From contig DAORDK010000001.1 of assembly GCA_035345935.1 (NCBI GenBank), positions 4,242-68,241 of the forward strand: 64,000 nt of DNA, written 5' to 3'. Below, in pieces: positions 48,735 to 59,985 of the stretch; position 1 is the stretch's first letter, and the number at the start of each line of letters is the position of its first letter. Below the pieces are notes generated by a model. That model was not told the DNA's origin, made no database searches, and worked only from the letters and a program-made list of their open reading frames with translations. This DNA is from Rhodocyclaceae bacterium (GTDB taxonomy: Bacteria > Pseudomonadota > Gammaproteobacteria > Burkholderiales > Rhodocyclaceae). Made by a program: the position numbers and the translations under genes.

Positions 48735-49125
48735 CCCACCCGCCTACGGACACCCAGCAATACTTTTTTGGAGAGTCGATACCGACCCGTTGGCTCCCCC
48801 GGTTGACGGCGCGCTCCCAAGTACAGGTCGCACGGCTCGCCTTACTTTGAGCCTTGAGTCCGTCAGCCGGACGCCTCCGGTGTGTACTCGCATGCGCCGA
48901 AGAGGAAACCGACGTTCGGCAGATTGAACTCGAAAATGGTGGCTCGCCTGCGCTTCGTCTCTCTCCCGGGGCAGAATGTCGATCCGTCGGATTGGCCGGG
49001 AATGTCGCTCGCGAAGTCGGCTCAAGGTCAGCTCCGGGGCGGATGCCCTCCGCGCGAATCCAACCGACTCGACCCGAGAGCGATAGTCAAGCCTTGTTCG
49101 CCCCGGCGGTATAATCCCCCGCCTC

Positions 49126-52533
<3,408 letters not shown>

Positions 52534-52577
52534 CCGGAGTGCGAATTCCCGCCGGGGCGTGCGGCGATCCGCTTACC

Positions 52578-53924
52578 TCACGCCAGTCCGACCCGAATCA
52601 GGCCGGCAAGCGCGCAAAGCGCGATGACCTTCATGATGTCTTGCTTGAACTTCCACAGGGCGACGAAGGCGACGAGGGAGACGAGGGCGGCAAATCCGTC
52701 GAATCCGCCGGAAAAAGGCGCCGCCTCGCTTGCCCGTGGGAAAATGACGTGCCAACCGAAAAACAGAGCCAGATTCAGAATCACCCCCACCACGGCGGCG
52801 GTGATTCCAGTGAGCGGAGCGGTGAATTTGAGGTCGCCATGGGTGGCCTCCACCAGCGGCCCTCCGGCCAGAATGAAGACGAAACTGGGCAGGAAGGTGA
52901 AGAAGGTCGCCACCGAAGCACCTGCGATTCCGGCCAGCAGCAGGGCATCGGGGCCGAAGATCTGCTTGCTCCACGCACCGACGAAACCGACGAAGGACAC
53001 CACCATGATCAAGGGCCCGGGAGTGGTTTCTCCCAGGGCGAGACCATCAATCATCTGGGCGCCGGTCAGCCATCCGTAGTGTTCCACTCCCCCCTGATAA
53101 ACGTAGGGCAGCACGGCATAGGCACCGCCGAAGGTGAGCAGCGCGGCCTGGGTGAAAAATTCACCCATGTCCCGTAGAACCGGCTGGACCAGGAGCGCCA
53201 TGCCCCCCACCCACAAGCCCAGGGCCACGATCAGCAGCAGGGCCAGGCGGACGCCGCTGAAACGGGTGTGGGGAATGGGCGGGGTATCATCGTCGATGAC
53301 CGCGGGACCATAGCTTTTCCCCCCTGATCCGTGACCAGCCCCAACCTGGAAGAGCGCCGGCGCAACTTGCCCACCGATGAAGCCAAGCAGCCCTGCGCCC
53401 AGCACGATCAGCGGAAAGGGCACCGCAAAGGCGAATATGGCCAGGAAGGAAGCGGCCGCCAGCGCCCACAGCACCCGGTTCTTCAAAGCGCGGGAGCCGA
53501 TGCGCCAGGCGGCAAAGACGACGATGGCGACCACCGCCGGCTTGATTCCGTCGAAAACGGCCTTGACCGGCGTGATTTCGCCAAAGGCCATGTAGACGTA
53601 AGAAAGCGCCGCCAGAATGAGCAGGGAAGGGAGGACGAACAAGCTTCCCGCGACGACGCCCCCCCAAGTGCGGTGGAGCAGCCAACCGATGTAGATGGCA
53701 AGCTGCTGCGCCTCCGGTCCCGGCAGGAGCATGCAGTAATTGAGGGCATGCAGAAAACGGTGTTCGGAAATCCACCGCCGCTTCTCGACCAGTTCCTGAT
53801 GCATGACGGCAATCTGGCCGGCGGGGCCGCCGAAGCTGATGAAGCCGAGCTTGAGCCAGTAGGCAAAGGCTTCCCAAAACGAGGGATGATGAGGGCGTTC
53901 CCGGGAAGGGCTTAGGTCATTCAT
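52578..53924 (-). CDS. chrA: chromate transporter (CHR family, long two-domain form)
   Basis: 448 aa with FISFGGPAGQIAVMHQELVEKRRWISE and a second-half repeat LTFGGAYAVLPYV, typical of duplicated CHR domains. Confidence 0.88.
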   Translation of the reverse strand: MNDLSPSRERPHHPSFWEAFAYWLKLGFISFGGPAGQIAVMHQELVEKRRWISEHRFLHALNYCMLLPGPEAQQLAIYIGWLLHRTWGGVVAGSLFVLPSLLILAALSYVYMAFGEITPVKAVFDGIKPAVVAIVVFAAWRIGSRALKNRVLWALAAASFLAIFAFAVPFPLIVLGAGLLGFIGGQVAPALFQVGAGHGSGGKSYGPAVIDDDTPPIPHTRFSGVRLALLLIVALGLWVGGMALLVQPVLRDMGEFFTQAALLTFGGAYAVLPYVYQGGVEHYGWLTGAQMIDGLALGETTPGPLIMVVSFVGFVGAWSKQIFGPDALLLAGIAGASVATFFTFLPSFVFILAGGPLVEATHGDLKFTAPLTGITAAVVGVILNLALFFGWHVIFPRASEAAPFSGGFDGFAALVSLVAFVALWKFKQDIMKVIALCALAGLIRVGLA

Positions 53925-54150
53925 GGACTCTAGTCGGCGGGCAAACCGCCATGTGGCCAGGGGATATTTGCTGCGGACTCAACCCGCCGCAGACGTCCGG
54001 CATGTTACACCGCCAGCGAGTCTCTTCAGAGCCGCAGGGCCGGCGATGCCACCCGTTTTCGCGGCGCAGCCCTCCGTTTTCATCGCCATGGGTGCCGAGT
54101 CTCCTCACCCTGTGTAAACTGCCCACTGTTTCCCCCACCCCGAATCGTCC

Positions 54151-54834
54151 ATGGACAGTGCTCTGGCTCCCGATTTCGCGGCCATCTGGTTGACCCTCAA
54201 GCTCGCCGCGGTGGTGACCGTGCTGCTCCTGGTCGTGGGGACTCCCATCGCCTGGTGGCTGGCGCGCACCCGTTCGCCCCTCAAAGCCGCCGTGGGAGCC
54301 TTGGTCGCCCTGCCCCTGGTTCTGCCCCCCACGGTCCTCGGTTTCTATCTGTTGGTCGCCATGGGACCCAACGGACCGGTGGGCGCCCTCACCGAATCGC
54401 TGGGATTGGGACTCCTGCCCTTCACCTTCGCAGGTCTGGTGGTGGGATCGGTGATCTACTCGCTGCCCTTCGTCGTCCAGCCCGTCCAGAACGCTTTCGA
54501 GGCCATCGGAACTCGCCCCCTGGAGGCGGCGGCAACGCTGCGCGCCGGCCCCTGGGACAGCTTCTGGTCGGTGGCCGTCCCCCTTGCCCGGCCCGGGATC
54601 GTCACCGGCGCGATTTTGGGTTTCGCCCACACGGTCGGCGAATTCGGCGTCGTCCTGATGATAGGCGGCAATATTCCGGAGAAGACGCGGGTCGTTTCGG
54701 TCCAGATTTACGACCACGTCGAAGCCCTCGAATACGTCCATGCCCACTGGCTTGCCGGAGGCATGGTGGTCTTCAGCTTCCTGGTCCTGCTGGCGCTCTA
54801 TACCCTCAATCCCCAGCGGAGCCTGCGCAATTGA
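54151..54834 (+). CDS. modB: molybdate ABC transporter permease
   Basis: 227 aa with the EAA-type loop ([26 protein letters not shown]) and [12 protein letters not shown]. Confidence 0.9.
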   Translation: MDSALAPDFAAIWLTLKLAAVVTVLLLVVGTPIAWWLARTRSPLKAAVGALVALPLVLPPTVLGFYLLVAMGPNGPVGALTESLGLGLLPFTFAGLVVGSVIYSLPFVVQPVQNAFEAIGTRPLEAAATLRAGPWDSFWSVAVPLARPGIVTGAILGFAHTVGEFGVVLMIGGNIPEKTRVVSVQIYDHVEALEYVHAHWLAGGMVVFSFLVLLALYTLNPQRSLRN

Positions 54835-55910
54835 GCGCAGGCATTCGCGCCCGCTTTCGCCTTGATCGGGGAGGATTTGCCCTCGACGTGGATCTGGAAT
54901 TGCCGGGAAAAGGCATCAGTGCCCTCTTCGGCCCTTCGGGCTGCGGAAAAACCACGTTTCTGAGAGCCCTGGCGGGCCTCGAGCATCCGGCCGGCGGCTA
55001 CATCGCGGTCGGGGACGAAATCTGGCAGGACGACGCCCGCGGCATCTTCGTCCCTACCCATCGCCGTTCCCTGGGCTACGTCTTTCAGGAAGCGAGCCTG
55101 TTCGAACATCTAACCGTGAAGGCGAATGTCGAATTCGGGCTGCGCCGCATCCCGGCCGCAAGCCGGCTCTTCAAGACCGACGCGGTTGCGGATCTGCTGG
55201 GTATCGCCGGACTTCTCGACCGGCGACCGGCGGGTCTTTCCGGGGGCGAGCGCCAGCGGGTGGCGATCGCTCGGGCACTCCTCAGCGCCCCCCGTCTGCT
55301 GCTCATGGACGAACCCCTCGCCGCCCTGGACCTCAAGCGCAAGCGGGAAATCCTGCCCTATCTGCAACGACTGCACGCGGAACTGTCGATTCCGGTCGTT
55401 TACGTCAGCCACGCTCCCGGGGAAGTTGCGCGCCTCGCCGATCACCTGGTTCTCCTCGATGGCGGCCGGGTCGCCGCCAGCGGCCCCCTGGGCGAAACCC
55501 TGGCGCGGATCGACCTGCCGGCGACGTTTTCCGACAATGCCGGCGTCGTCCTCGATACCGTGCTCGCCAGCCATGAACCGGATCATCTCTCCCGTCTCGA
55601 GTTCCCTGGCGGCTGGATGCTCGTGGGTCAACGGCCCGAAGCCGCCGGATCCCGGCTGCGCTGCCGCATCTACGCCCGGGATGTGAGTCTCGCCCTGGAA
55701 CGCCCCCTAGGGACCAGCATCACCAATCTGCTGCCCGCCACCGTCGCTGCCGTCGCTCCTACCCACCAGCCGGGCCACGTGCTGGTTCAGTTGCAGGTCG
55801 GCGAGTCCCGCCTGCTCGCGCGCATCTCCGAACGTTCACGTCGGGAACTGGCGGTAGAACCCGGGTTGCGCCTGTGGGCCCAGATCAAGGCTGTCGCTCC
55901 ATTGGCATGA
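54831..55910 (+). CDS. modC: molybdate ABC transporter ATP-binding protein with a C-terminal TOBE-like domain
   Basis: About 359 aa from the TTG at 54831 (TTGA overlap with the modB stop). It has Walker [10 protein letters not shown], the signature [15 protein letters not shown], Walker [13 protein letters not shown], and a C-terminal Mop/TOBE-like region. Confidence 0.88.
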   Translation: MSAGIRARFRLDRGGFALDVDLELPGKGISALFGPSGCGKTTFLRALAGLEHPAGGYIAVGDEIWQDDARGIFVPTHRRSLGYVFQEASLFEHLTVKANVEFGLRRIPAASRLFKTDAVADLLGIAGLLDRRPAGLSGGERQRVAIARALLSAPRLLLMDEPLAALDLKRKREILPYLQRLHAELSIPVVYVSHAPGEVARLADHLVLLDGGRVAASGPLGETLARIDLPATFSDNAGVVLDTVLASHEPDHLSRLEFPGGWMLVGQRPEAAGSRLRCRIYARDVSLALERPLGTSITNLLPATVAAVAPTHQPGHVLVQLQVGESRLLARISERSRRELAVEPGLRLWAQIKAVAPLA

Positions 55911-56880
55911 AGCCTAGCAGGCCGCAGAGTTCCTCGAGGGCCGCTACGCAATCGCCACTGATCTTGAGCGCCAGCAGCGGATCGGCCCGGGTCGCGCCGC
56001 GATTGATCGCAATCACCGGCTTGCCCTGGGCTTGGGCGCGCTCGACGAGGCGATAGCCCGAGTACACCATGAGCGACGAGCCGACCACGATCAGCGAAGC
56101 GGCCGTGTCAACGGCGGTGGCGGCTGCGAGCGACCTTTCCCGGGGAACGCTGTCGCCGAAAAAGACTACGTCCGGTTTGAGGATGCCGCCACAGTCCGGA
56201 CATGGCGGAACGGCTAGATCGGCGCCCAGGCTGTCCTCGATAGCCGCATCGCCGTCTGGCCTCGCGGAAGAGGCGGCGGCAGCATGCTCCCGCAGGTCCG
56301 GATTGGCGACTTCGATCCATGCCTGCACTTCGTGGCGGGGAAAGCGGGCTGCGCAGGCGAGACAAATCACGTCGCGGACGGCACCATGAAGCTCGACAAC
56401 GCAGCGGCTCCCCGCCTTCCCGTGCAGACCGTCGACATTCTGCGTCACCAGTCCGCTCATGCAACCGGCTGCCTCCAGGGTGGCAAGCGCCCGATGCCCC
56501 CCGTTGGGCAGGGCCTCGTCCATGCGCGGCCAGCCGAAATAGCTCCGCGTCCAATAGCGCCTGCGGGTCGCCTCGACAGTCAGAAATTCGTTCTGCAGGA
56601 TCGGCTTTCTATGCTGCCACGCACCGCTCTCGTCGCGGTAAGCAGCCAACCCGCTGGCAGTACTGAGACCCGCCCCGGTGAGCACTGCCGCAGGACCGGG
56701 AACGAAACAGGCCGCCAGGGCTTCCAGATCGGCATCGGGAGTCAAGGGATTCTCCAACCAAGCAGGGGGTCCGATCGCCGGTTCCGGCAATGATTCAACG
56801 GCGCTTCCCTGCCAGGGGACCCTCAATTGCCCCCGCGAGGTCGCGTCGCTGCCAGAATGCGTGCAATTTCCCCGCCGCAA
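55885..56880 (-). CDS. NAD-dependent protein deacylase, Sir2 family
   Basis: Contains TGAGLSTASGLAAYRD, QNVDGLH, a Zn-ribbon CLAC...CPDCGG and VVGSSLMV. The start is uncertain: the track start at 56880 is TTG and overlaps the upstream ORF by 58 nt, and an in-frame TTG near 56790 is an alternative. The 3' end overlaps the modC 3' end by 26 nt. Confidence 0.8.
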   Translation of the reverse strand: MRRGNCTHSGSDATSRGQLRVPWQGSAVESLPEPAIGPPAWLENPLTPDADLEALAACFVPGPAAVLTGAGLSTASGLAAYRDESGAWQHRKPILQNEFLTVEATRRRYWTRSYFGWPRMDEALPNGGHRALATLEAAGCMSGLVTQNVDGLHGKAGSRCVVELHGAVRDVICLACAARFPRHEVQAWIEVANPDLREHAAAASSARPDGDAAIEDSLGADLAVPPCPDCGGILKPDVVFFGDSVPRERSLAAATAVDTAASLIVVGSSLMVYSGYRLVERAQAQGKPVIAINRGATRADPLLALKISGDCVAALEELCGLLGFMPMERQP

Positions 56881-57464
56881 CTGGCGGCCACCCGATCGTA
56901 TTCCTCCCGGGTGTCGATTTCCCGTTGCGAAGCTTCGACACTCTCCAGCTGGCGTTTGAGGAAGGGCAGCCAGCGTTCGTCGAGTTCCTGCTGCAGCCGC
57001 GGCAGGGTCGTTCCGACCGGACCGCGCAGGGGATCGGCGTCGGCAAAGCGCCCGCGGAGTACCTCCTCGATCTGGGGACGAACGTCGCGGGCGTGGCGGC
57101 GATACGTGTCTGCATGGCGCATCTCATGGTCATGGATTGCCGTGAAGCCACAACTTCCCTTGGGAAATTCGCGACCGACATAGACCGTGATCGGCTGAAA
57201 TCCGTACGCCACTGCAATCTGGACGCTTGAGCACTCCCATCGTCCGGCCGGGTCCTTCAGGATGCTGGTCGCCAGCTTCGCGCGGGCCTGGGCCAAGCCG
57301 GTGGTCAATCCAAGGACTGCCAGACCGGGGTCGGCATAGCGATGACTCATGCCCTTCAGCGCCGCGTAGCTTCGCCGGTAGTCCGTCGCGACCTCCGACT
57401 CCATCAGTTGGACGGAGATCGTGCTTCGCGGGAGCGCGGAACACGGGTCCGCGGCAACTGCCAA
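56823..57464 (-). CDS. hypothetical HExxH-motif protein, possibly exported (putative Zn-dependent hydrolase)
   Basis: The 213-aa track ORF starts at a TTG and contains the HDHEMRH motif. The same frame stays open upstream to a CTG at 57527. Starting there would add LKFARQIAAGALLCSLSSFNPLAVAA, which looks like a signal peptide or TM helix. The family assignment is untested. Confidence 0.45.
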   Translation of the reverse strand: MAVAADPCSALPRSTISVQLMESEVATDYRRSYAALKGMSHRYADPGLAVLGLTTGLAQARAKLATSILKDPAGRWECSSVQIAVAYGFQPITVYVGREFPKGSCGFTAIHDHEMRHADTYRRHARDVRPQIEEVLRGRFADADPLRGPVGTTLPRLQQELDERWLPFLKRQLESVEASQREIDTREEYDRVAASCGGEIARILAATRPRGGN

Positions 57465-57523
57465 TGGATTGAACGACGAGAGCGAGCAGAGCAGTGCTCC
57501 GGCCGCGATCTGCCGGGCAAACT

Positions 57524-57775
57524 TCAGGCGGCCACCGAGAGGCCGCGGGGTTCTCTCTCAAGGCGATTGATTTCGGCCCGCAGAGCAGCCTGCTTTCCCG
57601 CCGTGATCATGCAGGTGCCGTTGCGCCATTCGAAATGGACGCGATGGGCACGGACTCCCGCCCGGTAGAGGGCGAGCGCAACCGACTTGATTTCGGACTG
57701 CTCAAGGCGGCGTCCGTCGTTGAGTTCGGCAACGAATTCGTCTTTGAACAGGATTACGTTAGCGCTGATCGTCAT
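57524..57775 (-). CDS. small hypothetical protein (83 aa)
   Basis: The ATG at 57775 is preceded by an aaggag SD at a spacing of about 6 nt. Its stop TGA (57526-57524) overlaps the CTG of the downstream frame. I recognised no family. Confidence 0.5.
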   Translation of the reverse strand: MTISANVILFKDEFVAELNDGRRLEQSEIKSVALALYRAGVRAHRVHFEWRNGTCMITAGKQAALRAEINRLEREPRGLSVAA

Positions 57776-57806
57776 GGCGTCTCCTTCTAGGTTTGAGGAA
57801 AGCATA

Positions 57807-57816
57807 AAACGCGTTT
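57807..57816. promoter_or_regulatory. perfect 10-bp palindrome AAACGCGTTT upstream of the small 83-aa gene
   Basis: Read directly from the sequence. It lies about 32-41 nt upstream of the ATG at 57775, in an AT-rich divergent intergenic region. Its function is unknown. Confidence 0.2.
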
Positions 57817-57942
57817 CGCATCCTGCCTGTGACAGATTACACACTTATGACCATGTGGGTTATAGGGTATTGATTTTCCTGAAGTTGGATCAAAGCGCCA
57901 AAACGGTGTACCCGGCATGCTGGGGCAAAAATCCTTGTCGCC

Positions 57943-58527
57943 ATGCCTGCCCACAACCCACCCCTCCCCGTCATGCCTGGATTTCCTGGCAACAAGGGAA
58001 TCTGGGCGGGGATTACCTGTGAATTCGTCGAATTCACGGTCATGTTCGCCATCTATTTCATCGCCCGCGCCCATTTCCCTGAAGCGTTCCAGCAGGGGGC
58101 CGAGCGCCTCTCGCGCGTCGCCGGAACGGTCATTACCCTCATCATGGTGACCAGCAGCTTCCTGGTCGCGGCCTCGGTCAACGCCCTGCGCAATCAACGC
58201 AGAAGCCAGGCCGTCCTGGCCCTGAGCACTGCCCTCGTCGTCGCCCTCGGCTATCCCGTCGCCAAGGCCCTCGAATTCAGTTGGAACCTCGCGCACGGCA
58301 TTGACGGCGGCGCGGGAATTTTCTTCACGGTCTACTACTACCTGACCTTTAACCATCTGGTCCATGCCTCGTGGGGAATCCTTGGCATGATCTGGGTCCT
58401 GATCCGCCTCGCGAAGGGCGCCTACAGCGCCGAAGAGCATGCCGGACTGGAGGCCCTGGGAAGCTACTGGCACGCCACAGACCTCGTCTGGCTGGTGATT
58501 TTTCCGCTGTTCTACGTGATCAATTGA
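57943..58527 (+). CDS. heme-copper oxidase subunit III family protein (NorE-like)
   Basis: 194 aa with five hydrophobic helices and a C-terminal block YWH(A)TDLVWLVIFPLFY typical of subunit III / NorE proteins. Confidence 0.78.
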   Translation: MPAHNPPLPVMPGFPGNKGIWAGITCEFVEFTVMFAIYFIARAHFPEAFQQGAERLSRVAGTVITLIMVTSSFLVAASVNALRNQRRSQAVLALSTALVVALGYPVAKALEFSWNLAHGIDGGAGIFFTVYYYLTFNHLVHASWGILGMIWVLIRLAKGAYSAEEHAGLEALGSYWHATDLVWLVIFPLFYVIN

Positions 58528-58532
58528 TCCCC

Positions 58533-58826
58533 ATGGGCCCCCGGGAACACTACTCCGAACTCCTGGTCACTTGGCTCGTCCTGGTGGGCCTCACCCTGGC
58601 CAGCCTGGGTCTGGGGCAGTGGTTTCACGGAGCGTCCTGGCTACCTGTGTTGGTCGCCGCGCTGGTCTGGATCAAGAGTTTCCTCGTAGCGCGCCGATTC
58701 ATCGAAGCCAACCTTGCCCATCCCTACGTTGCTCGGCTGGTGGCGATCTTCATCGTCATCGCTCCCGCAGCGCTGGTGCTCACAGCCTTCTTCGGCCCCA
58801 CGATCGCCCGCTGGGCAAGCCTGTGA
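58533..58826 (+). CDS. small three-helix membrane protein (cytochrome oxidase subunit IV-like / NorF-like)
   Basis: 97 aa from the ATG at 58533, 5 nt after the upstream stop. It is very hydrophobic. The assignment rests on position and size only. Confidence 0.55.
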   Translation: MGPREHYSELLVTWLVLVGLTLASLGLGQWFHGASWLPVLVAALVWIKSFLVARRFIEANLAHPYVARLVAIFIVIAPAALVLTAFFGPTIARWASL

Positions 58827-58873
58827 TTCCCGCAGCTCCTGCGCCCCGGGGGCAACTCTGGGGACTGTGGCTA

Positions 58874-59614
58874 TCAGGTCATGTAGTTGCCGCCATTGCA
58901 GGCGAAATTCGCACCGGTCGTAAAGCCTGCCGCATCGGTGGCGAGCCATCCGACGATTGACGCGATTTCCTCGGGTTTTCCCAGACGCTTGACCGGTATG
59001 GTGGAGACGATTTTTTCCAGCACATCTTCGCGAATCGCACGCACCATCTCCGTCCCGATATATCCCGGCGAGACGGTATTGACGGTGACGCCCTTGCTAG
59101 CCACCTCCTGGGCAAGGGACATCGTGAATCCATGCATGCCGGCCTTGGCGGTCGAATAGTTGGTCTGGCCGAACTGGCCGCGCTGCCCGTTCATGGACGA
59201 TATATTGACGATCCTGCCCCAACCCTGGTCGAGCATGCCGTCGACGACCTGCTTGGTGACGAAGAAAAGGGAATTCAAATTGGTGGCGATCACCGCCATC
59301 CAATCCTCCACCGACATTTTTCTGAAAACTCCGTCCTTGGTGATTCCGGCGTTATTGACCAGAACGCTGACCGTCCCCAGTTCCACTTTGACCTTGTCGA
59401 AGGCGGCCTTGGTACTTTCCCATTCGGAAACGTTGCCCTCGGACGCGACGAATTCGAATCCGAGTTCCTTCTGTTCTGCCAGCCAGCGGTTCTTGCGCGA
59501 CGAATTCGGACCGCATCCGGCGACGACTCGAAAACCTTCCCGCGCCAATTGTTGGCAGATGGCAGTCCCGATTCCACCCATTCCGCCGGTGACATAGGCA
59601 ACTCTTTGGCTCAT
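58874..59614 (-). CDS. phaB: acetoacetyl-CoA reductase (SDR; PHB synthesis)
   Basis: 246 aa from the ATG at 59614 (the track start at 59620 is TTG). It has TGGMGGIG, NNAG and the YSTAKAG catalytic Y-x-x-x-K, and is strongly colinear with PhbB. Confidence 0.92.
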   Translation of the reverse strand: MSQRVAYVTGGMGGIGTAICQQLAREGFRVVAGCGPNSSRKNRWLAEQKELGFEFVASEGNVSEWESTKAAFDKVKVELGTVSVLVNNAGITKDGVFRKMSVEDWMAVIATNLNSLFFVTKQVVDGMLDQGWGRIVNISSMNGQRGQFGQTNYSTAKAGMHGFTMSLAQEVASKGVTVNTVSPGYIGTEMVRAIREDVLEKIVSTIPVKRLGKPEEIASIVGWLATDAAGFTTGANFACNGGNYMT

Positions 59615-59648
59615 GATCAATCTCCTGTAATTATGGATTGAATTATGA

Positions 59649-59676
59649 ACTATACTGGAATCGGTGTATTGCGCAA
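59649..59676 (-). promoter_or_regulatory. sigma70-like promoter for phaB (-35 TTGCGC, 16 nt, -10 TATAGT)
   Basis: The minus strand reads ttgcgc-aatacaccgattccag-tatagt. An acaggag SD follows before the ATG at 59614. Confidence 0.4.
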
Positions 59677-59985
59677 GGTGCTTCGACGACTGCTCAGAGT
59701 TGCGCTTCCAATGCCCTGATTTCCTGCGCGGAAGCTCTCTTCACCCCCAGTGCCAAGCGATGGCGATATCTCCTCTGGGCAAGGCAGGATGCGCTTCGGG
59801 ATCCCCCCAGGACCGCGCGGGATTCAAACCCACGACGGCTATGCCCAAGCACTCCGGCTGTGCAGACGTTGGGTGCCGCTGGGCCGGCATCGCTCAACGC
59901 TGACGCGCCTAGACCCCTACCGTCGCTTGGCTGGCCTCTTGAGTGCCTGGCCGCCCCGAGAAATTACCGGCGATGCCAAGAAGCC

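Noticed and set aside
48735-49125. Resemblance of minus-strand gggtcgagtcggttggattcgcgcgg to a tmRNA 5' end, of ggtcagctccgg to the SRP RNA domain IV region, and of the distant gagcc/ggctc pairing to a 6S RNA closing stem.
   Set aside because: I could find no tRNA-like 3' end (T-arm plus CCA), no tag reading frame, no GGAA/AGCA SRP loop, and no 6S central-bubble architecture. The matches are short and within chance expectation. The region is kept only as a generic candidate structured region.
53925-54150. Possible molybdenum-cofactor (Moco) riboswitch in the modB leader (gccgag ... ctcc elements).
   Set aside because: There are only vague matches to the motifs I recall, and I cannot build the conserved multi-stem structure. 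It needs an Infernal scan before any claim.
55885-56880. Sir2-domain gene considered as an anti-phage defence component (Thoeris ThsA, DSR, SIR2-HerA type).
   Set aside because: At about 300-330 aa it has the canonical sirtuin catalytic blocks and a CxxC...CxxC zinc ribbon. It has no SLOG, TIR, HerA or Argonaute partner or fusion nearby, so it looks like a housekeeping CobB-type deacylase.
57866-57893. TTGAT...ATCAA inverted arms upstream of the NorE-like gene, considered as an FNR/DNR/NNR box.
   Set aside because: The spacer is 14 nt instead of the canonical 4 nt, so it does not fit the FNR-family site geometry.
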